Assembly (NCBI GenBank): GCA_051859825.1
Contig: JBHYFA010000001.1
Coordinates: 36,268-100,267, forward strand
DNA from: Schleiferiaceae bacterium
Lineage (GTDB): Bacteria > Bacteroidota > Bacteroidia > Flavobacteriales > Schleiferiaceae
DNA: 64,000 bases
Reading direction: 5' to 3'
The notes beneath the pieces are model-generated. The model did no database searches and was not told the origin of the DNA. It saw only the letters and a list, made by a program, of their open reading frames with translations. Positions within the stretch are counted from its first letter, which is position 1, and each line of letters begins with the position of its first letter. Shown in pieces: positions 31,012 through 40,260 of the stretch. The position numbers were made by a program, and so were the translations under genes.

Positions 31012-31110
31012 GCTATATGTCGTGGGTTCGATTCCCACCTGTGATTTTCACAGTAGCTCAGTTGGTTAGAGCAATAGTTTATGGCGGAGGTTCGAATCCT
31101 CCACGCAGTT
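31012..31110 (+). pseudogene. tRNA-derived fragments: X 3'-half (anticodon 3'-stem, variable loop, T-arm GTGGGTTCGATTCCCAC, acceptor), then X 5'-half (acceptor, D-arm TAGCTCAGTTGGTTAGAGC), fused to Y T-arm (GGAGGTTCGAATCCTCC) and acceptor
   Basis: Canonical D-arm and T-arm consensus on the + strand, but no complete cloverleaf. 31047-31053 pairs with 31039-31045, and 31103-31109 pairs with 31116-31122, so the 3' halves precede their cognate 5' halves. Confidence 0.4.
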
Positions 31111-31115
31111 GTAAA

Positions 31116-31190
31116 GTTGCGTTAGCTCAGTGGCAGAGCACTACACTGTTAATGTAGTTTGACTGGAGGTTGTATTCGCTCCTTAAACGA
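31116..31190 (+). tRNA. Degenerate tRNA-Asn(GTT)-like gene (probable pseudogene)
   Basis: Acceptor GTTGCGT. D-arm TAGCTCAGTGGCAGAGC. Intact anticodon stem-loop CTACA-CTGTTAA-TGTAG (anticodon GTT). The T-arm is corrupted (GGAGGTTGTATTCGCTCC, an apparent local inversion of the TTCGAAT loop) and no matching 3' acceptor follows. Confidence 0.35.
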
Positions 31191-31453
31191 ATACGCTTTT
31201 GAGAAACGCGTTGGATGTGGCCGGTTGCGGCAAATGGCACAAGTGGTCATTTGCACAACAGCCCAAATCCAACCAGCAAGGAAACCTCTGTTCGTCCAGA
31301 CGCGGCAAATCCTTGGGGTATGACAATGCTATGACTTGAAAAAGACCCGCAAGCATTTGCTGTGAAACGACCGCAAGCTTCCTTCCGTTGCGATGAAGGT
31401 GGCTTACATTCAATGCGTTTCTTTTTTTATTAACCCTTAAAACCTCAACGATT

Positions 31454-32548
31454 ATGAAAATTGTTACCATCAAAACCGCTCAGATTGGTTTACTTATTAG
31501 AAACCGTAAAGTTGATCGACTTCTTTACGAAGGCACCCACTTGACTTTGGGTTTGCACAAGGTAGAAATACACGAAACCCGCGAATTATTTATCTCCCAA
31601 ATCGACATCGACATCTTGTTGGAAAGCCCTTTAATGGCGAAGGCTTTAGAAATTGTTGACGTTCCCGAAAGTCACATCTGCATGGTGTTTAAAAAAGGCA
31701 ATTTGCACAACGTATTGCCCGAAGGGAAGTACGCCTTCTGGAAAGATAAACACCCTTTCAGCTTTCGCGTATTGAACACTGCCGGTATGGATATCCCTGC
31801 CGATCTTCCCCGTCATCAGTTGGAGCACTACCTCATGCAACCTTTTGTACGGAAGTTTAACGTGGCCAATGCGCATACCGGGGTGTTGTTTGTGGACGGG
31901 AAATTTCACAGCACTTTCAAATCAGGAAGCGTGTTTTTCTGGAACAACCGCACTTCCATGGAGATGCAAAGCGTTGACTTGCGTCGTCAGCATTTGGAAA
32001 TATCCGGGCAAGAATTGCTTACCAAGGACAAGGCCGGCATTCGGATCAACTTCTTTGTGCAATTCCGCGTGGTGGACATTGAAAAAGCCATCATTGACAA
32101 CAAGGATTTCCGCAATCAGTTGTACGTATTGATGCAGTTGGCTTTGCGTGCCTACATAGGCGGCTACAATCTCGACGAGTTGTTGAGCAAAAAAGACCGC
32201 ATTACCGACATGATATTGGAGGCCACCGCCGAGAAGATTGCTGCTTTAGGTATTGAAGTTTCCGACGCCGGTATTCGCGACATCATTTTGCCCGGCGACA
32301 TGAAGGAGATTATGAATCAGGTGTTGATTGCGGAGAAAAAGGCGCAGGCCAACAGCATTTTGCGTCGTGAAGAAACCGCATCCACCCGAAGCTTACTCAA
32401 CACCGCCAAGTTGATGCAAGACAACGACATGTTGTGGAAGCTCAAGGAGATGGAGTACGTGGAAAAAATATCCGAACGCATTGGCGAAATCACCATTTCC
32501 GGAAGGGGAAATGTAGTGAATGAGTTGAAGGAAATTTTTGTGAAGTAA
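31454..32548 (+). CDS. SPFH/band-7 (stomatin-prohibitin-like) domain protein with an N-terminal extension of about 170 aa
   Basis: C-terminal half has the SPFH fold pattern (TKDKAGIRINFFVQFRVVDIEKAI...ALRAYIGGYNLDELL...KIAALGIEV). 364 aa. Confidence 0.7.
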   Translation: MKIVTIKTAQIGLLIRNRKVDRLLYEGTHLTLGLHKVEIHETRELFISQIDIDILLESPLMAKALEIVDVPESHICMVFKKGNLHNVLPEGKYAFWKDKHPFSFRVLNTAGMDIPADLPRHQLEHYLMQPFVRKFNVANAHTGVLFVDGKFHSTFKSGSVFFWNNRTSMEMQSVDLRRQHLEISGQELLTKDKAGIRINFFVQFRVVDIEKAIIDNKDFRNQLYVLMQLALRAYIGGYNLDELLSKKDRITDMILEATAEKIAALGIEVSDAGIRDIILPGDMKEIMNQVLIAEKKAQANSILRREETASTRSLLNTAKLMQDNDMLWKLKEMEYVEKISERIGEITISGRGNVVNELKEIFVK

Positions 32549-32588
32549 AAAAAAGCCGAACAACAAAATTGCTGTTCGGCTTTTTACT
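32547..32588. terminator. Bidirectional rho-independent terminator (AAAAAAGCCGAACAAcaaaattGCTGTTCGGCTTTTT)
   Basis: 10-bp stem flanked by an A-run and a T-run. Sits between the convergent SPFH gene and secG. Confidence 0.6.
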
Positions 32589-32604
32589 ATCTTGAAACGA
32601 GATA

Positions 32605-32982
32605 TTATTCTGCTTCTTGCTCGGTCATATCGATCAAGTCAATCATTTGCTCTTCGGTGCCCATTTGCATTTCACCCGGAGCCGAGAAGTTTTCCTGAGG
32701 AGATGATGAAGCATCACGCTCTAAAATTACACTACCATCTTCGGCTACGCCACCTTTAAAAATGTTCAAGTTCATAAACAAAGCGAGGGCACAAAGGGCA
32801 ATTGCTAAACCCCAAGTGGTACGATCTAGTACGTCACCGGCTTTTTTTACACCGCCAAATAACTGTGTACCTCCACCACCAAAGGTAGAAGACAACCCGC
32901 CTCCTTTGGGATTTTGAACCATAATAATAACAATGAGCAATAAGCTCACGAGAATAATCAATATGCTGAAAAGTTGAATCAT
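32605..32982 (-). CDS. secG: Preprotein translocase subunit SecG
   Basis: MIQLFSILIILVSLLLIVIIMVQNPKGGGLSSTFGGGGTQLFG is a classic SecG N-terminus. Start trimmed to MIQL (32982) within ORF 32605-33030. Confidence 0.8.
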   Translation of the reverse strand: MIQLFSILIILVSLLLIVIIMVQNPKGGGLSSTFGGGGTQLFGGVKKAGDVLDRTTWGLAIALCALALFMNLNIFKGGVAEDGSVILERDASSSPQENFSAPGEMQMGTEEQMIDLIDMTEQEAE

Positions 32983-32986
32983 TGTA

Positions 32987-34507
32987 CTACTTTTTGTTTT
33001 GTTTCTTGAGGGATTGAATTTGCCGTGCAAATAAACTACTTTTTTCTGGCATTTTCAACATTAATATTTCATAGGCTTTTATTGCCTTATCAACGTGGCC
33101 TTGCTCAATGTATATGCGGGCTAGCGTCTCGGTGACTAGGTCACTGTCCTCCTCTATTCCGGTAGAAAAGGCCACTGGTGAAAGCCTGAAATCGTCGTGT
33201 TTAACTTTTTTTGGACCCACAATCTCGGGTAATTTGTCTAAAAACGCATCAATCTTTTTGCGATTTTCTATAATCTTTTCGCTGCTTGGCGGCAGAACTT
33301 CCTCCTCTTTGGCCTCTTGAGAAACACTAGAGCCTGTATCATCCGGTTTTTCCTCATTAGTGGCTTTCGTTTCATCTGATAATGAACGAGAACGAAGCCA
33401 AGCAAAAAAGTCACCTGAAGAAGTAGGTTGCGAAGAAGTCTCCGGAAGCTCTTCGGTTTGAGCTTTGGCAAGAGGACTACTCTCTTCCTCAGTCTCTACT
33501 TTATCCTCTACTTGCGGTATTTCTTCTTGAGTGCTTGGTTCTTCAGGCAGACTAACTTTTTCTTGTTGTATATCGGTTAGGTCTAATACAAAATCAACTT
33601 CCTCTTCTTGCTCAACTTGCCCAGGAATTTCGGCCTGAACGGAGTCGAGTTTTTCATCGGCAAGTAAAGGTTGGTCTTGATCATCTTGCTTCTTCGGCTC
33701 TGTATCTGGCTCTATTTCGTCCGTAGATGTAAATGTCTCTTTTTTACTACTCTCATCAAAATCATCAAGCTTTTCATTTATTTCGACTTCTTCGGAAGGG
33801 GGTTCTTCGGAAGGAACTTCTTCAGGTATGACTTCTTTTTGTTTCGGTTTATTCTCTTCCAAATTTTGAGAAATCTTACCAATCACTTCTTCCGATTTTT
33901 TGCGCAGAGCAGCTATTCTATCCGCCCATTCTTCATTTCCACCAGAAGATTTTTTGGCTACCGGAGATGAGGCTTCTTGGGAAATATCGGTTTTTTCTTC
34001 AACCACAGGTTCTGGCTTCATTTCTTTTACCGGCTCAACTTCCGGCTCGGGTTCTTCAACCGCAGGCACTTCTACAGGTGCTTCTTCTTGCACTGGCATT
34101 TCCGAAACGGAGGGCGTATCCTTGGATGGAGGTACTTCTTCAATAAGTTCTTTGGAAATTTCAGGAGTTTCTAATTCTTCTTTAACGGGTGTTTCAACTT
34201 CTGGCGAAGCCACTTCTTCCGTAATTACCGCTTCGTGCGGGTCGAAATCTAAGACTGGTTTTTCAGATATCTTTTGTGCACCATGAACGTAATCGTGCAG
34301 CAATTCACGGTTTGGACAATACAGAGCCGCCCATTTAAGTTGTTTGTTAAAATGGTAATCTGCCCTATCGTGCAGCGCTTTGGTGTACAACATTTGTCCG
34401 GCAGCGAAAAAAGGATTATTCAAGCAGATGTTGCGAAGTTCACTAAGGTCTTCGTCCCTAACTTCAGCGGGGTTACTCCACAAATGCTTAAACCTTTTTG
34501 CGTCCAT
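32987..34507 (-). CDS. Hypothetical protein with a long acidic P/E-rich disordered region and a TPR-like C-terminus
   Basis: 506 aa. Structured N-terminus (about 80 aa). About 350 aa of E/P/V/K low complexity (PEEVP, EPEPEVEP). C-terminal ...LARIYIEQGHVDKAIKAYEILMLKMPEK. Confidence 0.5.
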   Translation of the reverse strand: MDAKRFKHLWSNPAEVRDEDLSELRNICLNNPFFAAGQMLYTKALHDRADYHFNKQLKWAALYCPNRELLHDYVHGAQKISEKPVLDFDPHEAVITEEVASPEVETPVKEELETPEISKELIEEVPPSKDTPSVSEMPVQEEAPVEVPAVEEPEPEVEPVKEMKPEPVVEEKTDISQEASSPVAKKSSGGNEEWADRIAALRKKSEEVIGKISQNLEENKPKQKEVIPEEVPSEEPPSEEVEINEKLDDFDESSKKETFTSTDEIEPDTEPKKQDDQDQPLLADEKLDSVQAEIPGQVEQEEEVDFVLDLTDIQQEKVSLPEEPSTQEEIPQVEDKVETEEESSPLAKAQTEELPETSSQPTSSGDFFAWLRSRSLSDETKATNEEKPDDTGSSVSQEAKEEEVLPPSSEKIIENRKKIDAFLDKLPEIVGPKKVKHDDFRLSPVAFSTGIEEDSDLVTETLARIYIEQGHVDKAIKAYEILMLKMPEKSSLFARQIQSLKKQNKK

Positions 34508-34510
34508 AAT

Positions 34511-35029
34511 TTACCAGTTTACAATGGCTCGGTTGAGAATATTCTCTGCCAGTTCTTCGTTGATGATGCGCACCAAATTGTCTTCAATATTACTAAAACT
34601 TTCGGCAGCATCAAAATCTGCGAAACGCGAAAACCGCTCTTCGTAACTTTTTTTTGGCTCAAGGCGGTTTTCAAATTGCACTTGTATGGCAATGGTCAAG
34701 CGGCTTTGCGCGGCAACCTGCCCAGCTGTGGGAGCAATGGGCGTAATTCGATACTCAACAATGCTCCCCGAAAAATGAAAATCACCTTCATCGTCATCAA
34801 CAAGACGAAGATTGGTTTGCTGTAAAAAAATGTCTTTTACAGCCTCAGTGAGAAATTGGCTGAGGTTTGGATTTACCAGCGGGGCGTTGTTGGGAAAACG
34901 CTCTACACTAAAGGTTTTTGCATCACCCACATCACCGCCTGTAAAGGAGTACCCACCGGTGCATTGGTAGAAAACAATGCTTAGAAGCGCGATGAGTGGA
35001 AGAGCGATTATTTTTAACTTAGAGGTCAT
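34511..35029 (-). CDS. LptE-like lipoprotein (hypothetical)
   Basis: Start at MTSKLKIIALPLIALLSIVFYQC (lipobox). Conserved position between the sigma-54 regulator and secG in Flavobacteriia-type synteny. Confidence 0.45.
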   Translation of the reverse strand: MTSKLKIIALPLIALLSIVFYQCTGGYSFTGGDVGDAKTFSVERFPNNAPLVNPNLSQFLTEAVKDIFLQQTNLRLVDDDEGDFHFSGSIVEYRITPIAPTAGQVAAQSRLTIAIQVQFENRLEPKKSYEERFSRFADFDAAESFSNIEDNLVRIINEELAENILNRAIVNW

Positions 35030-36254
35030 ACTGCTTGATTTTTCGGTAGAGCGTTCGTTCAGAAATCCCCAATTCTTGAGCGGCAGCTTTACGTTTACCA
35101 TTGTTTTTCTCCAGAGATTTCCGAATGAGCTCCTTCTCGTGATCTTCCAACGAAAGACTTTCTTCTACCTCTTCAAAACTTGATTCACTCTCCGAAATAC
35201 TCGGAATGCTCATAGGGGGTGATTTATAATGATTATCGTCAAAGTCGTCATCCATTACATCATTGCTGAATACTCGTTTCATCATTTTCGGATGACGCTG
35301 CAGCATTTGAACGTTATCAGCACCATTGAGCAACTCGTAGGTAATTGATTTTAAGTCTTCCACCTCTTTTCTAAGATCGAAAAGAAAGGATAGAAGCATT
35401 TCTCTTTCAGCGGCAAAATCGTTAGTCTGCTCTTGTTTACGGGAAATGGGTGCGGGAAGCGTAGGGTCGCTAATTTGTGGTAAATATTTTCGCAGGGTAT
35501 CGGCACTGATTTCTTTGTTTACCTCCAAAACCGACATTTGTTCTACTAAATTCCGGAGCTGACGGATATTGCCTGGCCAGCGATACTTGAGAAGCAAATG
35601 CTTGGCTTCTTCGGTAAGTTGAATGGGCGTGGTGTGGTATTTCACACTGAAATCGGAGGCGAACTTGCGAAAAAGCAATTGAATATCTTCAAAGCGGTCG
35701 CGCAGGGGTGGAATACTAATTTCTACCGTGTTGAGACGATAGTACAAGTCTTCACGGAATTTGCCTTTTTCCACCGCACCAAGCATATTCTCGTTGGTAG
35801 CGGCTACGATGCGCACATTGGTTTTTTGAATCTTCGATGATCCTACCTTGATAAATTCACCGGTTTCTAGTACACGCAATAATCGCACTTGGGTGGCGTG
35901 CGGAAGTTCCACCACTTCATCCAGAAAAATAGTGCCGCCATCAGCCTCTTCAAAGTAGCCTTTGCGGGTGCCGGTAGCCCCGGTGAAGGCTCCCTTTTCG
36001 TGACCAAAGAGCTCACTGTCAATAGTACCCTCAGGGATAGCACCGCAGTTTACCGCAATATACGGATTGTGCTTACGGTGCGATAAATGATGAATAATGC
36101 GGGGGATGCTTTCCTTTCCTACACCACTTTCTCCCGACACCAATACGGAAATATCGGTAGGTGCAACCCTCCTTGCCTTTTCCAATGCACGATTAAACAA
36201 GTCGGAATTTCCAATGAGGCCAAATCGCGATTTAATAGATTGTATGTCGCTCAT
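35019..36254 (-). CDS. Sigma-54-dependent transcriptional activator (AAA+ enhancer-binding protein, Fis-type HTH) lacking an N-terminal receiver domain
   Basis: Walker A GESGVGKE. GAFTGA motif (ELFGHEKGAFTGA). C-terminal HTH AAQELGISERTLYRKI. The AAA+ core starts within the first 30 aa. Confidence 0.85.
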   Translation of the reverse strand: MSDIQSIKSRFGLIGNSDLFNRALEKARRVAPTDISVLVSGESGVGKESIPRIIHHLSHRKHNPYIAVNCGAIPEGTIDSELFGHEKGAFTGATGTRKGYFEEADGGTIFLDEVVELPHATQVRLLRVLETGEFIKVGSSKIQKTNVRIVAATNENMLGAVEKGKFREDLYYRLNTVEISIPPLRDRFEDIQLLFRKFASDFSVKYHTTPIQLTEEAKHLLLKYRWPGNIRQLRNLVEQMSVLEVNKEISADTLRKYLPQISDPTLPAPISRKQEQTNDFAAEREMLLSFLFDLRKEVEDLKSITYELLNGADNVQMLQRHPKMMKRVFSNDVMDDDFDDNHYKSPPMSIPSISESESSFEEVEESLSLEDHEKELIRKSLEKNNGKRKAAAQELGISERTLYRKIKQYDL

Positions 36255-36649
36255 CGAACGAAGTGTTTGAGTTCAATAGGTTCGTCTTGATAAATACGCG
36301 TAGTGGTGCGTTTGTTCACCACGTAAGGGGCTCTAGCCCGAATGATGACGTAATGGGCGTTGGGAAGTTTGTTGTCGAATTTGACTCTCATGCTTTGTCC
36401 ACTCCAAATAGATGCCCATATTTCCTTATTCGAATTATCGTAAACCAGAATTTCATATCCGGTAAGGAGATTTTCAATACAGCGCTTATCGCTATTCGTA
36501 ATGCAAATTTCAATAACACCTGTGCGTTTCACATTTTCTTCAACAACGTAAAATTGCAGATCGTTATCGTAATATTTGCCATCAATAAGTTCCTGGCTCT
36601 TTGCAAGGCCGGGAAGCATAAGAATGAGAGCAATTATTCTGTAAACCAT
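36251..36649 (-). CDS. Hypothetical secreted protein
   Basis: Signal peptide MVYRIIALILMLPGLAKSQ. 132 aa. No recognisable domain. Confidence 0.45.
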   Translation of the reverse strand: MVYRIIALILMLPGLAKSQELIDGKYYDNDLQFYVVEENVKRTGVIEICITNSDKRCIENLLTGYEILVYDNSNKEIWASIWSGQSMRVKFDNKLPNAHYVIIRARAPYVVNKRTTTRIYQDEPIELKHFVR

Positions 36650-36653
36650 TTAG

Positions 36654-38099
36654 TTAAGATTGAAGTGTGCCTAATAGCGTAGCGCTTGTACAATCTTCTA
36701 TTTTTACCATCACAAAATCTCCGGGTTTTTCGTTTGCAACTTTAGGAAATACCACCACTGCATTTTGTGAGTTTCGACCATACCAGTGTGCATCGCTGCG
36801 TTTGGAGTTACCCTCGATGAGTACTTCCTCAACATTACCAATATGTTGCTGATAGCGCTCCAGAGAGTGCTTGTTTTGCTTTTCAATAATCTCGGTAAGT
36901 CTGCGGGTTTTTACTTCATCGGGAACATCATCTTGAAATTTTCGTGCCGCGAAGGTGTTTGGTCTTTCGGAATATTTAAACATATAGCCAAAATGATACT
37001 TCACGTAATCCATCAGGCTTAATGTGTCTTGATGATCTTCTTCGGTTTCACCGGGAAAACCCGTAATCATATCGTGAGAAATGGCGCAATCGGGGATGAT
37101 TTTGCGAATACGATCAATCAGACCGATGTATTCTTCACGCGAATGCCCACGATTCATATCCTTGAGAATGCGCGTTGAGCCCGACTGCACGGGAAGGTGA
37201 ATGTAATTGCAGATATTGGGATGCGCAGCGATAGCATGCAAAACATCGTCGGTCATATCCTGTGGGTTGGATGTACTAAAACGAATGCGCATCTTCGGAA
37301 GTGCTTCGGCAATCATTTTCAATAAATCGGCAAAGTACACCGCACTGGCTTTGGCTATATCCGAAGCTTTCTCAAAATCTTTTTTAAGTCCACCACCATA
37401 CCAAAGGTAGCTATCCACGTTTTGACCGAGTAGGGTGACTTCACGGTAGCCATTTTCCCAAAGTTGGGTACACTCTTCGAGGATGGTTTGCGGGTTGCGA
37501 CTTCTTTCTCGACCTCTGGTAAATGGAACTACACAAAAGGTGCACATATTATCGCAACCACGGGTGATGGAAACGAAGGCGGTAACCTTGTTGTTGCCTA
37601 AACGTACCGGGTTTACATCGGCATACGTTTCTTCCTTAGAAAGAATCACGTTTACGGCCTTACGCCCCGACTCTACTTCGGTGATAAGATTGGGCAGATC
37701 GCGGTAGGCATCAGGGCCAACCACTAGGTCAACCAGTTTTTCTTCATCGAGAAGTTTATCTTTCACCCGTTCGGCCATACAACCCAATACACCAATCTTC
37801 AAATTGGGATTATCGGCTTTCACCTGATGGAAGGCTTTCAGTCTTTTACGTACGGTTTGCTCCGCCTTATCACGGATGGAACAGGTGTTTAATAGCACCA
37901 AATCCGCCTCTTCCATATTACGCGTGGTAGAATAGCCTTTTTCACTTAGAATGGATGCTACCACCTCAGAATCAGCAAAATTCATCTGACAACCGTAGCT
38001 TTCAATATAAAGTTTTCGCGCGCCTTCACCTTCTAAAGACAAAGCCTCACCTTGTCTGTTTTCATCGATAACCTTGTTACCTACATGATATCCGCTCAT
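36654..38099 (-). CDS. miaB: tRNA-2-methylthio-N6-dimethylallyladenosine synthase (methylthiotransferase MiaB)
   Basis: MTTase N-terminal cluster ([15 protein letters not shown]). Radical-SAM CDNMCTFC motif. C-terminal TRAM domain. 481 aa. Confidence 0.9.
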   Translation of the reverse strand: MSGYHVGNKVIDENRQGEALSLEGEGARKLYIESYGCQMNFADSEVVASILSEKGYSTTRNMEEADLVLLNTCSIRDKAEQTVRKRLKAFHQVKADNPNLKIGVLGCMAERVKDKLLDEEKLVDLVVGPDAYRDLPNLITEVESGRKAVNVILSKEETYADVNPVRLGNNKVTAFVSITRGCDNMCTFCVVPFTRGRERSRNPQTILEECTQLWENGYREVTLLGQNVDSYLWYGGGLKKDFEKASDIAKASAVYFADLLKMIAEALPKMRIRFSTSNPQDMTDDVLHAIAAHPNICNYIHLPVQSGSTRILKDMNRGHSREEYIGLIDRIRKIIPDCAISHDMITGFPGETEEDHQDTLSLMDYVKYHFGYMFKYSERPNTFAARKFQDDVPDEVKTRRLTEIIEKQNKHSLERYQQHIGNVEEVLIEGNSKRSDAHWYGRNSQNAVVVFPKVANEKPGDFVMVKIEDCTSATLLGTLQS

Positions 38100-38196
38100 G
38101 GTATATTTTCGTTTTTTTAATCAGACCCTAAATTAGGGTGCAAAAGTACGAAAGAAATATGCCATAATGTCCGATAATGGCATTAAACCAAATAAT

Positions 38197-38538
38197 CTAG
38201 GAACGAAGCTTCTTTGGCAACTTAGAAAAGACCAAGTCGTAGGAATGGTCGATCCACTCTTTGATTTTTTGGGGAGGGATTCCTTCGGTGTAAACGGTGT
38301 TCCAATGTTTTTTATTGGAATGATAGCCAGGAATCACTTTTTCCGGATAGGCTTCGCGAAGTTCAATGGCTTTTTCTGGATCGCACTTAAGGTTAATGGC
38401 GGTATTTTCCCACTCTAAACCAACCAAGGCAAACATTTTCCCGTGCACTTTAAACACCAATGTAACTTCATCAAAAGGGAAGCTTTCGGTGGTATGTGGT
38501 TTTTGCAAGCAGTATACTCGAAGCGCTTCTTTATCCAT
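38197..38538 (-). CDS. MmcQ/YjbR-family DNA-binding protein
   Basis: 113 aa. ...ESFPFDEVTLVFKVHGKMFALVGLEWENTAINLKCDPEKAIELRE... matches the MmcQ/YjbR family. Confidence 0.6.
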   Translation of the reverse strand: MDKEALRVYCLQKPHTTESFPFDEVTLVFKVHGKMFALVGLEWENTAINLKCDPEKAIELREAYPEKVIPGYHSNKKHWNTVYTEGIPPQKIKEWIDHSYDLVFSKLPKKLRS

Positions 38539-38971
38539 GATTTTGTTGTTCTTTGTTTGGCTTTTTTACTAGGTAGTAGCCTACGGCTAAAGCGAGAATA
38601 AGGCTGGCTAAACCAATATTTGTCCAGCCATCCAAGTGTCCTACATCCAGTACTAAGAGTTTTCGCCCAATTGCAATGAGACCTATAAGCAAGATACTCT
38701 GCACCTTTAGGCTGTGGTCTTTGATAAAGACGTTTAGTGTATCGATGAGTTCAACAGCGATGAGGATATTAAAAAAAACGGGAAGTACGATATGCGTTTG
38801 CTCTTTGGTAATAAGCAAGCGAGTTGAGTCGGATGACATGGCTATCATAGATTTACCCATCTGATAAATGAGCTCAATGGTTTCCACTGTGATGTAAATC
38901 ATCAACACCCCGGTAAGAATCACAAAAATCCACTGGGTAAATCCTTCCGAGATTTTCATTATTTGCTTCAT
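38531..38971 (-). CDS. PsiE-like (phosphate-starvation-inducible) membrane protein
   Basis: Four predicted TM helices. Length and GLIAIGRKLLVLD segment are consistent with the PsiE family. Confidence 0.45.
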   Translation of the reverse strand: MKQIMKISEGFTQWIFVILTGVLMIYITVETIELIYQMGKSMIAMSSDSTRLLITKEQTHIVLPVFFNILIAVELIDTLNVFIKDHSLKVQSILLIGLIAIGRKLLVLDVGHLDGWTNIGLASLILALAVGYYLVKKPNKEQQNHG

Positions 38972-39026
38972 AACTACGATTTTTTTTTATCTCAAACCCT
39001 CACCTCCTCACCACCTAACCTCTCCC

Positions 39027-40076
39027 TCAAAGCCCCTGAAAAACAAACGGTTTTGCATTTTGAAAATGCTTTGATGATTCACCGTTGTAAACTTGGTTAT
39101 TGTCGAGACTCAATTTGCGTACTTTAGCTTTTGGTCTAAAATCGAGGTTACTAAAATCTACCCAAACGGTATTTGGTGTAAGTACATTTTCAAAGTAATA
39201 CACTTTATTTTTTTGATCAGCTACAGTACGCCAGCGGGTGCTTGATAAGTTAGGGAAGCCTTCGGTAGAAATTCCGTAGGGAACGGAACAATTGCGAATT
39301 ACGCTGAATACGCTGGCCACGGCAACGTAGGTATTATCCGTTTGGGGAATAGCCTCGATATAAAATGAAGCTCTGGCAAAACGATCAGGGGGATTGTTGG
39401 TACCTGGAAGAAAGATTTTACCGGGAATGGTTTTCCAATAGTTGCTTATAGCCAGTTGATCTTCGTATTTAGGATCGTTAGTCATTACGGTATAGGATGG
39501 GTCGTGGTGAATAACCAATTTACCTTTAATGTATTCAAATATTGCGTTATCACCGGTAGCGTCAGACATGGAAAGGTGCACGGTTGTGTATTTATCAGTT
39601 CCGGGTATAAAATCGGTAACAACCACAAATTCATTTTTTTCAAAATGTTCTACAGCTTCCGCAACGGTGGCAAAATTATCGAGTACATATTGTGCCCACA
39701 GCGAAACAGAGAGTCCCTTTTGATCTCCATCTTTTTCGAATCTAGGATACTCTGAATTCACTAGCCACAGCATGTTGGCAACCAATCCTTCTTCGTTCAT
39801 ACCGTCGGAAGTGCCAATATCCCAAGAACTTGCAATTACACTTCCGTACTTAGAAACCCACTCTACAGAATTTCTACCCACAGCTCCGTTGCGCTCCATT
39901 CCCCGTGGAAATAACCAAAGATTTGCCGGTATATCAATGGAAAAATCCATACTTCTTGCAGTAATAACGGTATTACTTGGGCCTTTATATACTACTCGCG
40001 TGCACGCTTCAGATGGTGTAGTCGTTGTCAAGAAAAAGCCTGATACTAAAAGGCAGGAAAGAAAAAATTTGTTCAT
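39027..40076 (-). CDS. Choloylglycine hydrolase / penicillin V acylase-family Ntn hydrolase
   Basis: Signal peptide ending ...PSEA, followed by Cys (CTRVVYKG), the N-terminal nucleophile. Length and motifs match linear amide C-N hydrolases. Confidence 0.7.
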   Translation of the reverse strand: MNKFFLSCLLVSGFFLTTTTPSEACTRVVYKGPSNTVITARSMDFSIDIPANLWLFPRGMERNGAVGRNSVEWVSKYGSVIASSWDIGTSDGMNEEGLVANMLWLVNSEYPRFEKDGDQKGLSVSLWAQYVLDNFATVAEAVEHFEKNEFVVVTDFIPGTDKYTTVHLSMSDATGDNAIFEYIKGKLVIHHDPSYTVMTNDPKYEDQLAISNYWKTIPGKIFLPGTNNPPDRFARASFYIEAIPQTDNTYVAVASVFSVIRNCSVPYGISTEGFPNLSSTRWRTVADQKNKVYYFENVLTPNTVWVDFSNLDFRPKAKVRKLSLDNNQVYNGESSKHFQNAKPFVFQGL

Positions 40077-40103
40077 AGTTTTATTTCAAAGATTAACATT
40101 ATT

Positions 40104-40140
40104 TAGTGTCTGTCTATTAAGTCCGATGACAGTGTTATGA
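40104..40140. repeat. REP/MITE-like repeat copy (TAGTGTCTGTCTATTAAGTCCGATGACAGTGTTATGAAG)
   Basis: Core motif shared with the copies at 4350 and 21597. Confidence 0.5.
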
Positions 40141-40260
40141 AGAAGTATAATTAACAGCCTTAAAAGTAGTAAACACAATTGATTGAATGGCGGTAAATAA
40201 AAATATTTTTTTATGATACTATTTTTTGTAAGTTTGCATTCTAACCCATTAATAATTAGC

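Noticed and set aside
31012-31046. tmRNA (ssrA) hypothesis for the isolated T-arm/acceptor module
   Set aside because: No upstream 5' acceptor partner, no tag-peptide reading frame (..ALAA*) and no pseudoknot-sized body.
31183-31473. 96-aa minus-strand ORF spanning the ORF-free region after the tRNA fragments
   Set aside because: Overlaps the start of the SPFH gene and the structured tRNA-like region. No signal or domain. Likely spurious.
33108-34286. Plus-strand ORFs inside the acidic low-complexity gene (33671-33970, 33900-34286, 33977-34174)
   Set aside because: Mirror-image low-complexity translations (F/R/S-rich) of the minus-strand E/P-rich gene.
38130-38160. Possible extra degenerate repeat copy (TGCCATAATGTCCGATAATGGCA hairpin)
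   Set aside because: Shares only GTCCGAT with the family. Probably an independent small hairpin.
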